The notes under the pieces: model-generated
Told to the model about the DNA's origin: nothing
The model's input: the letters and a program-made list of their open reading frames with translations, nothing else
The model's database searches: none
Shown: positions 26,987 through 37,569 of the stretch, one piece after another
How the letters are laid out: each line of letters begins with the position of its first letter
How positions within the stretch are numbered: position 1 is the first letter of the stretch
Assembly: GCF_006345805.1 (NCBI RefSeq)
Contig: NC_043006.1
Location: 97,898,001-97,962,000 of the forward strand
Origin: Octopus sinensis
Taxonomy: Eukaryota
Length of the DNA stretch: 64,000 bases
Direction of reading: 5' to 3'
Position numbers and translations under genes: made by a program

Positions 26987-27489
26987 GTATTTATATATGT
27001 AGATATATGTGTATATATATGTGTGTGTGTATATACATATTCGTATGTATACATATATATGCATATGTATATGCATACATATAATTATATGCATGTATAT
27101 GTGTGTATACATATACATACATAAACATACACACAAACACATATATATGATTATATGGGTAGATGTATGTGTAGAGAAAATAATGTCAGTAAAACCTTAA
27201 TTAAATACTCCATTTCTATGTGCTCATATCATTCGAGAGACATTTATTTCGTGGTTAATTATTTTCGTAGTAATGACGTGCACGCACACACACACACACC
27301 TACACAAACACACACGTATGTATGCACATGTGAGCATTGTATATACACGCTTACATATACGTATGCATTTGCATATATAAATGAGTGTGTGTATATATAT
27401 ATATATATGTATAAACATATGTATATATATGTATTTATATATATATATGTTTATATATATATATATATATATGTGTGTATGTGTGTGTG

Positions 27490-28165
27490 TTTTTTTATAT
27501 ATATATGTATACATATACATATGTATGTATGTATATGTGTGTGTTTATATATATATATGTATACATATACATATGTATGTATATATGTTTATCATGGTGT
27601 TATTTTTTCGAACCAAATTGAATCAAATGAAATTTTGCAATATAATACTACTTACCGCTAACATAATCACCTGATTGCACAATAAAATATTGCAATATGC
27701 ATATTTAACATCTTCCACATACGTACACACATGAATATATGTATGTATATTATATATATACACATACATATTATATAAATGTGTGTGTATATATATATAT
27801 ATGTTTATATATATATATATTATATGTTTGTGTATGTGTGTTGTTTTTTTTATATATATATGTATACATATACATATGTATGTATGTATATGTGTGTGTT
27901 TATATATATATATGTATACATATACATATGTATGTATATATGTTTATCATGGTGTTATTTTTTCGAACCAATATTTGAATCAAATGAAAATTTTGCAATA
28001 TAATACTACTTACCGCTAACATAATCACCTGATTGCACAATAAAATATTGCAATATGCATATTTAACATCTTCCACATACGTACACACATGAATATATGT
28101 ATGTATATATATATATACACATACATATTATATAAATGTGTGTGTATATATATATATATGTTTAG
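27490..28165. repeat. ~357-bp tandem duplication (two copies plus a partial third)
   Basis: ATCATGGTGTTATTTTTTCGAACCAA..CTTACCGCTAACATAATCACCTGATTGCAC..CTTCCACATACGTACAC at 27591 and 27946. Confidence 0.9.
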
Positions 28166-28221
28166 CATATTATATATATATATATAATATATATATATAT
28201 AGATATAGATATATATATATG

Positions 28222-28273
28222 AATGTTCAGCAAAAATGGGTGCATAGATGTGTGTGTATGTCTGAGTGTGCAT

Positions 28274-28319
<46 letters not shown>

Positions 28320-28412
28320 TCTATATATATATATATATATATATAATATAATATATATGCGCATGCACACCCAAACATGCACACACATCTGCACGCATTT
28401 TTGTTGAACATT
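28222..28412. repeat. Fold-back (imperfect palindrome) centred on a (TA)n tract
   Basis: AATGTTCAGCAAAAATGGGTGCATAGATGTGTG..GTGTGCATGCGCAT and its reverse complement flank ~80 bp of (TA)n. Confidence 0.85.
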
Positions 28413-28784
28413 TAAACATCAATATGCTGATAAACAATCATACAAACACACAAAAACACATCTGAAAAGAAAACACTTAAAAATGTTAGGCATTCGCTGA
28501 TAATGTTTTAAATATTGCATATCTTCAAATTCCACATGTCTTCAAATTTTCTCATGCAAAATTAAGACAAATCTAGGAACACCCTAAAAAAGATGCCTGA
28601 ACACAAATTTCGAGTCATAAATAAATAAGAACTATAATTTCGCCTCCTCTTGAAGAGCAGTAGCTCTAATAGTCAGAGATGATATTTAAATTATTTGCTA
28701 TAAATATTTTATAGTATCTATTAAAACATATTTCGGCCAAAGATAATATATAATTGCATTTATATATGTATAACCGACAGTATA

Positions 28785-29195
28785 GGCGCAGGAGTGGCTG
28801 TGTGGTATGTAGCTTGCTAAGCAACCACATGGTTCCGGGTTCAGTCCCACAGCGTGGCATCTTGGGCAAGTGTCTTCTGCTATAGCCCCGGGCCGACCAA
28901 CGCCTTGTGAGTGGATTTGGTAGACGGAAACTGAAAGAAGCCTGTCGTATATATGTATATATATATATATATATATATTGTGTGTTTGTGTGTCTGTGTG
29001 TGTCCCCCTAGCATTGCTTGACAACCGATGCTGGTGTGTTTATGTCCCTGTCACCTAGCGGTTCGGCAAAACGAGACCGATAGAATAAGTACTGGGCTTA
29101 CAAAGAATAAGTCCCGGGGTCGATTTGCTCGACTAAAGGCAGTGCACCAGCATGGCCGCAGTCGAATGACTGAAACAAGTAAAAGAGTAAAAGAG
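28785..29195 (+). mobile_element. SINE family A, full length
   Basis: Same head, core, microsatellite and tail. Confidence 0.9.
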
Positions 29196-29827
29196 AGAGA
29201 GAGTATTCTCATGCTCAGTTCCCTTATATCTCTCTACCTCTCTCTATATATTTGTGTTTGTCTCTCCACCTCTCTCTTTTACTCATCTTTCCATTTCTGA
29301 ATATCTATATATATATATGTGATTTGTTTTTGGATTTGGTTTGCAAGATTCTTTATATGAGTTCGTGTGTTGAAGAACGGACAGCGCCAAGACTATTGAA
29401 AAGGTTGCAAGACGCAACGAAAATTTTAGGAAAATAAAAATAGGAAAAAACTGGAAATTTTACCGGTGAGTGTTACACTATAAGGCACAAAAACAAAATG
29501 ACTCTCCCCAGACACAACAGTATATATATATGTGTGAATTTGCTTTAGTCACTGGACTGCGACCATGCTTGTGTAATATGGTGAAGTGTTTTTGTTGAAT
29601 AAATCAGGAGTAATATATAATTTTAAATGCTTTGTACTCACCCTAGAGGTCTTTTCATTGAAGTTACGGACGCGTAATGAATCAACATTGGCTGTCAAGC
29701 GGTGTAGGAGACAAACAGTAACGCAAAGGCGCACGCATGTACAAACACATATGCACACACACACATATGCACACACACATAACGCCGCGCTTACACGCAC
29801 ACACACACACACAGATATATACATATA

Positions 29828-30037
29828 TTCTTTTATTCTTTTAAGTAATTCAGTCATTCGACTGCGGCCATGCAGTAGCACCGCGTTAAAGAATTTGGGT
29901 CAAAGAAATAGACCCCAGGACTTATTTCTTGTAAGCCTAGTCTCTTTTGACGAAACGCTAAGTTACTGGAATGTAGACACACCGACATCTTTTGTCAAGC
30001 TATGGTGAGGGGTCAAAGACAGACGCAGACATACATA

Positions 30038-30079
<42 letters not shown>

Positions 30080-30254
30080 ATATATATATACATATATATA
30101 AATGAGCTGCTTTCAGTTTCTGTCTACAAAATCCACTCACCAGGCTTTTGTCGCCCCAAGACAAAGCACTTGCTCAAGGTGCCATGCAGTGGCACTGAGA
30201 CTGGAAATAAGTAGTTGGGAAGCAAGCTTCGTACCACACAGCCAATTCTGCGCC
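29828..30254 (-). mobile_element. SINE family A, diverged
   Basis: Reverse-complement head, core and tail with internal (TA)n. Confidence 0.75.
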
Positions 30255-30797
30255 AACACACACACAGATACATACACAAAGGTAATTTTTAGTCTCTGCC
30301 TTCCAAATCTACTTACTATCTTTTGGGACCATAGTAGAAACCACTTGCTCAAGATACTTTCCCAGTGGGACTGAACCCAGAACCCTTGCGTTGCGAAATA
30401 AGCTTGTACTCCCTCTCCTTCCTTGTCTGTCTGGCTGTATGTATGTATATCCGAGCGCGCACACACACACACGAACACACACAGACTCACACACACAAAC
30501 ACACACACACACTCAAATGTTTTTTGTTCAGTTATAATGAAAATAATCTGACATTAATCTGAATAGTAGAGAACAAATTTACTGTTCTTAAACAATTTTT
30601 GATAGTGACTTCGCAGTCCCTTCCAGTTGAGACTTCGTCATACCTAACTTGAATATATACATACACACATAAGCATATGTATATATATATAAACATACAT
30701 ATATAAACACACACACATATATATATGTATGTATATATATATGTATGTATTATATATATATGTGTGTATATATATATATGCAATATATATATTTATA

Positions 30798-30838
<41 letters not shown>

Positions 30839-30876
30839 ATATATGCATATACATATATATATACACATATATATAT

Positions 30877-30925
<49 letters not shown>

Positions 30926-31007
30926 GTTCTAGTTTTATAATGGCGTACCTCATGCATTCTCTTTCCGTTGTTTGGGTTTCAACCCACACATATATACACA
31001 TAGATAT

Positions 31008-31053
<46 letters not shown>

Positions 31054-31529
31054 GTATACATACATATATGTATATGCACATACATATATACATACATATA
31101 AGTGCATGCTTATATGTATGTATATATATTGATGTATATGTACGTATGTTTATACTTTTTTACTCTTTTACTATTTTACTTGTTTCAGTCATTTGACTGC
31201 GGCCATGCTGGAGCACCACCTTTTATGTATATATGCACTGATATGTAAATATATATGTATATATATGTATTGTTTTTAAGTCGTTATTAGGAAAAAATCA
31301 TTTTGATATTAAACCGAACAATTTGAACGATTTTTCAATGCTGTTTTTTAATAGTGCTTGCTTATTTACAAAGTAGTGGTTGACAAAGTAGATATTGAAT
31401 GTACTGTACTCTCCTTGGCTGGCACGATCTGCTAACGATGTGCACTCGCTGCTCTGGAAGGAACTGCAAAATGAAACAGCGGACAGTGTCTTCAGGCAGT
31501 TTCAGTGTCTAGTGCAGTAGTCATTTCAA

Positions 31530-31737
31530 ATTTTGGTACAAGGCCAGAAATTCCAGGGTATGGGTTAAGTCGATTAGATCGTGCCCAGTTCTCTACTGAT
31601 ACTTATTTTATCAACACTAAGAGCGATGAAAGGCAAAGCTGACCTTGGCGAAATTTAAAGTCAGAACCTAATGGCGGACAAAATGCTACTAAATATTATG
31701 AACGCTGTGCTAACGATTCTATCCGCCAGCCGCCTTA
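31530..31737 (-). mobile_element. SINE family B, diverged
   Basis: GATGAAAGGCAAAG..GACCT..GCTAACGATTCT..CAGCCGCCTTA is the reverse complement of the family B head and core. Confidence 0.65.
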
Positions 31738-31830
31738 GTAAATAGGGCAATATTGCCGTAATAAATAAATAAATATATATAAAAATAAAGAAAGATAAAA
31801 ATAAATAAAAATGTGTGTTTATGTATAGAC

Positions 31831-32220
31831 ATAGGAGTAGCTGTGTGGCAAGTAGCTTGCTTACCAACCACATGGTTCCGGTTTCAGTCACACAATGAGG
31901 CAACTTGTGCAAGTGTTCTATACTATAGCCGCGGGCCGGCCAAAGCCTTGTGAGTGGATTTAATTGACAGAAACTGAAAGACGCCCGTCGTATATATGTA
32001 TATATATATGTGTGTATGTGAGTGTGTCTGTGTTTGTCCCCCCAACATCGCGTGACAACCGATGCTGGTGCGTTTACGTCCCTGTAACTTAGCGATTCGG
32101 CAAAAGACACCGGTAGAATAAGTACTTGGCTTACAAAGAATAAGTCCTGGGCTCGATTTGCTCGACTAAAGGCGGTGCTCTAGCATGGCCACAGTCACAT
32201 GACTGAAACAAGTAAATGAG
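31831..32220 (+). mobile_element. SINE family A, full length
   Basis: Same structure as 14465-14866. Confidence 0.88.
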
Positions 32221-32990
32221 TAAGTGTATACCACAAACCCCCAAGAAATATGGAAAGTTTATCATGGCCCTCACAGAAATATATAAACCATAAATAGCTT
32301 TGTGAACGTGATATTCTGATTAAAAAATTTAGCATTGTGCGAGTTAATAATGGCTTCACCATTCATCAGGACCCGGTATGAGAAAAGTAATGCTATGTAT
32401 TGAATTCACAAACGATGATGAGCTGATAACATAATAAATATTTATTCTTTCATTGCTCTACTGGAAATAACAGAATCCGTCTACCGATGTATTTTAGCTA
32501 CAACAATTTATATAATTACAAGGTTTTGGGAAGCTTCCAAAATAAATAAAAAGTAGAAAGAGAAAATATTTGGAATAGACGTTAAATATGGCAAGGAAAC
32601 ATTTTAGAACACGATGTAACCACGAAAGACAAGATAAACATTGCGATTATTAGAGGAAGTGCTATTGTTGACAATTAAAATAAAAGCAAGAGAACCGCAT
32701 TTAATAGATCTGCACGTATTGCAGCACAATACGCAAAGATATTTCTTCAATAAGGTAATGACTCGCAAGCATTAGACAATGAGAGAAATATGAAAATACC
32801 CCAAAACTGAGGACCATACAGCACATCTAAGAAATACTATTCAAAGTTTATACTGGCCTCTCATACAGAAACCATTATCAGCGTCGGTGACGTCTTACAT
32901 TGGCTCTAAACAAAGGACATTGTGCAGGTTATAACGTCCTGTACCATTCAAAATATGATAACCTAATCCAGACGATTAAAATATTTTATA

Positions 32991-33475
32991 AACTTAGATA
33001 AACTTAGATATGTTTCGACCAAAGATTGGTCCAGGCCATGTCTAACTTAATAGCACCACCTGATAGGATTTTTCGAATCCTGTTTAAGTCAAGTTTTGTT
33101 TATGGTCCATTCAAGTAGTGAGTTCTTGTTGGGTGAGTTGTATCCAATTATGGGTGGCTTATCTGGTATTCTTTGAAGCAATCTATCCAGGCCCCGTTTA
33201 AAGTTGATGGGATCCTTTTCCTCTTTGATCTCCCTCGGGACAATGTTAAATAGAGCAGGGCCAGTTGAGGAAAAGAAATTATGTTGCAGTGTACATGTAT
33301 GTTGTGATCTTGAATTGGGCAGGGGACGTATGGCCCGCGGTCCCAGTCTTGGATGAACCTTGAAGCTAATGTTAAGGTCGTTTGGGCAAAGTTGGCGGTA
33401 TATTCTCCACATCGTACAAATGATGTACCGCTCACGGCGACGCTGGAGGGAGTAAAGTTTCAAGGTTTTAAAGGC
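32991..33475 (-). mobile_element. 5'-truncated CR1/L2-like LINE 3' end
   Basis: LKLYSLQRRRERY.I...W....GP.LFN..P..I....FK..LD..L..IPDKP C-terminus; short tandem tail (TATCTAAGTT)2. Confidence 0.8.
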
Positions 33476-34137
33476 GATCCCAATAATCGAGAGCAGCCAT
33501 GCCTTCAATTCGTTTAGTGAGTGACCTCTGGGGTGACTCAATCTGTCTTATTCAAAAGAAATTGTGAATTCCGTTGAAATTTATATTTATCTTGCGGTTA
33601 ATGTTTACCACCGAACGTAGGAGCATCCATTTCGTGGCTAAGGAAATGTTTTCTATTTCGTTCCTTTTTTACCTTATAAGCTTTTTCGCTTCACGGGTTC
33701 TCAGTTATCAGTTGAAGTCTTCTTTTATCAAAGTATCTTTTTATATTAAATAAATCACCCGAATGAAAATTCCATGTTTCGCTGCTTGTTAGCTCAATAT
33801 CGCATATTGTGGCAGAAGAGCACATTTTGTTTTTTATTGAAAACAAGAACCTGCAGAGCAAGAAATGATTTCCACACATGATCTCATACTTAAATATAAT
33901 TTTTCTTTTAGGATTCATTCAATTTTATGTGGTGAATATGGTTCTCGCAAAATCAATTTCATAGGTGTATTCTGCATTGTAATAAAAGATGTATGAAGAG
34001 TTGCTAGAACGAGTTTAATTTTAATAAGAAATAATTCAACACGAGCAGCAAAAGATGAAGGAATGGTACACGTGTTAGGTGATTGTGAATGAGATCGAGT
34101 GAGTGTGTATGTACGTATGTATGAGCGTGTGTAATTA

Positions 34138-34230
<93 letters not shown>

Positions 34231-34231
34231 G

Positions 34232-34310
<79 letters not shown>
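34138..34310. repeat. (TATC)n microsatellite
   Basis: Direct tetranucleotide run. Confidence 0.97.
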
Positions 34311-34996
34311 GTGGGATGAGTCGGTTTATTAGCTGAGTCTATCGTCAATATCGTCATGCCTCCTTCCTTCAAACGGAAAGGAAGAGCTATTTTCATCATC
34401 CTTGTGGGTATGACGAAAGAATGTATCTGGTGGACGCGTCTGAAAGGATTGGAGACAAACACTTTCCTCTCTGGTCAATCTCTCATCAACTTCTTCAAGT
34501 ATCACTTGAAAAGGAAAGTGAGAGTAGAGAGGCAAGTTTTGTCTAGCGAATGTTTTAAAAAAAGATGGGTGAATGTAGTAAGGATGGCACGTATGAATGA
34601 CGAAGCCACCTTGAGCATAATCCTATGAACCCAGAAATTGAAAACAGAGGGTTACCCACTTGCAAACAAATGTGGTAACATATAACAATATTGACCGAGG
34701 TTACCGTGGTCTTTTTCGTAGGCTTTTCTTCCCACGGATAAACCTTATCTGCTTCCCCCTTTACACCGTACATCATGACACTATGATACACGATCCCTAT
34801 TGATCGTTTTTTCCTCTTGTTTGTTTCTTTTTTCTTTTCTTTTGTTTCTTTTCCTTTTTTTCTTTTTTCTTTTTTCCCCTTTTACGATCCCCTTTGATGG
34901 AAAATCTACGCCACTTTTTTTTTCAATCCCCAAAAGAAAAGCTCTACCTTGTAATTTGTCCCACCTGTGTGCAGCCCTGTGTGGCTAATAAAGAAA
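34311..34996 (+). mobile_element. 5'-truncated Tx1/L1-like LINE 3' end embedded in a TATC array
   Basis: KECIWWTRLKGL..FFKYHLKRKVRVERQVL..FKKRW ORF2-like C-terminus, pyrimidine-rich 3' UTR ending AATAAAGAAA; TATC repeats on both sides. Confidence 0.7.
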
Positions 34997-35315
34997 CTTA
35001 TCTATGTAGCTATCTATCTATCTGTCTAATTACCAACATAGGTATGCATAAAGTCGTACGCATACAATGATGCACATAGACACACACGCACACACACACA
35101 GAATTACACTCGTATATATTTAGATACAGACACGCACACACATTCGCATGTGTATGAAGACATTCATTCAGATAAATACGAGCACATACAATTATGCTAT
35201 TCGTAGCTTACTTGTATCAGATCCTATAATTAGACCCTGAAATATGATTTTGCATTAAAATTTTCATTTACAATTTCACGAACGTACCGTTTTCTATGAT
35301 ACTCACACACGTATA

Positions 35316-35400
<85 letters not shown>

Positions 35401-35424
35401 GTGTATATATATATGTATGTAATA

Positions 35425-35466
<42 letters not shown>

Positions 35467-35562
35467 GCGTGTGTGTGTGTTGTGTACACATATATACACA
35501 TAATGTACATATATGAATATATATATATATATTTACATACATATACGTATAGATATATACAT

Positions 35563-35708
<146 letters not shown>

Positions 35709-35967
35709 GTGGCAACTATCTCTTGGGTACATCTCATTGACAAGAGCCAATAAACACGAAACATCGATGTCTGAGTTTCCCGAGAGAGGGAGACACTGAT
35801 CGAACTGGCTGCTTTCAATCCTTTTTATCATAAGAGAGATTTTTTCTCCACGATAACTGTAGTGTATTTGCCTTCAGCAGTGGAAATATGTGACAAACAT
35901 ATTTGAACTAATCCAGAGTGTGATCATACGTGAACACTTCTTTGCGCCATTATTTCGATATACATAT

Positions 35968-36160
35968 TCTTTCTTTTATTTGTTTCAGCCATATGACTGC
36001 CGCCTATAGTCGAGTAAACCGACCCCATGACTCATTTTTTGTAAGCTTAGTACTTATTCTATCAGTTCCTCTTGCCGAACCGCTAGGTTACGGTGACGTA
36101 AACACACTAGCATTGACTGTCGATCGATGTTGGGCGTTGGGGGTAAACACATACACACAA
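35968..36160 (-). mobile_element. SINE family A, 3' half
   Basis: TGTTTCAGCCATATGACTGC..GCCGAACCGCTAGGTTACGG. Confidence 0.7.
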
Positions 36161-36233
36161 ACATACATACATTCATAATACAAACATACACACACACATA
36201 CATACTTACATACATACATATATATATATATAC

Positions 36234-36345
<112 letters not shown>

Positions 36346-36503
36346 CCCTTTGCAAATACCATAAGCGCACAGAGAGTGTGCCTAAAGCCAGCTGGAGACG
36401 ATGTTCTCCTGGGGCTACAGGCTACAGTGACACCCAACCTTAGTGGTTAGCCATATTGAGATGGCAAGTATACCTCACACACACACACACACAACACACA
36501 CAT

Positions 36504-36566
<63 letters not shown>

Positions 36567-36688
36567 ATAAGATTAGCTTGTATACAAGTGGGTATATATT
36601 TGTAAAAAATGAAGTTTGAAAATGCTGCTATATTAGACAAATTTTAATTTTAACATGTTTCGGTTCTTGAAATGACGAACCTTATCAA

Positions 36689-36930
36689 AAAAAATTATAT
36701 ATAATAAAGAGAGTTCATGCTATATGTTTAAAGAGCATGATGTAATAGTTCATAATTGTGACATATATTCAATAGAGTCAAATATAAAAAATTCATATAT
36801 AATATTCAATAGAGTCAAATATAAAAAATTCATATATAATAAAGGGAGTCCATGCTATATGTTTAAAGAGTATGATGTAGTAGTTCATAATTGTGACATA
36901 CATTCAATTGAGTCAAATATAAAAAATTCA
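36689..36930. repeat. Nested tandem duplication (~135-bp unit plus ~36-bp sub-repeat)
   Basis: CATGCTATATGTTTAAAGAG.ATGATGTA.TAGTTCATAATTGTGACATA twice; TATTCAATAGAGTCAAATATAAAAAATTCATATATAA repeated. Confidence 0.8.
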
Positions 36931-37084
36931 TGTTCTTGAAAAGGCGAGTTCATTTTAGATTTTACCTTGTGTTCCAATGGGAGCAACAATAATGATTTTT
37001 GGTTGGTGTCTGTTCGCATAATATTGGTGAATTTTGTGATTGTTGGGTTTATATCAGCTCAGCTAAGCTGTGATCACTTGCACT

Positions 37085-37490
37085 TTTCACTGACGTCATA
37101 TAGTTCCAAACCAATCAAAACCCAGTCTCAACGAATATAGTGAAAAGACTCCCAACTGTATCCTGTTAGGAAACCAACCAAGCGGAACGACAGTTTGGCC
37201 ACGGAAGAAATACGTCATCATTTTTTTGACGAATCGAAATTAGATCTGACCTATGACTGTGTCCTGTTAGGTGGTTAGTCCAGCGGAACGAGACGTCATC
37301 AATGTTTTGACCAATCATCCTGTTAGGTGGCTAGTCCAGCAGAACGAGACGTCATCAATGTTTTGACCAATCAGAATCGGGTCTGACCCATAGCTGTGTC
37401 GTGTGGGGAAACCGACCAAGCAGGGTGACAATAGCTTGACCACTGAGGTAATACGTCATCAGTTTTTTGACGAATCAGGATTAGATCTGC
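37085..37490. promoter_or_regulatory. Degenerate tandem array of ACGTCAT-N11-C(C/G)AAT motifs (CRE-like plus CCAAT-like)
   Basis: Five motifs at 37093, 37212, 37293, 37349 and 37453 with identical 11-nt spacing; the first includes a full TGACGTCA. The regulatory role is inferred only. Confidence 0.45.
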
Positions 37491-37569
37491 TCGTAGAGTA
37501 GAGATCTTTTTATAAATTTTTCCTTCCCTAAGACATATCTCTGTCTTATATATATATAACCTATAATTA

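Noticed and set aside
37085-37490. CRISPR-like repeat-spacer array
   Set aside because: Eukaryotic context, degenerate units, spacers related to each other, no cas genes.
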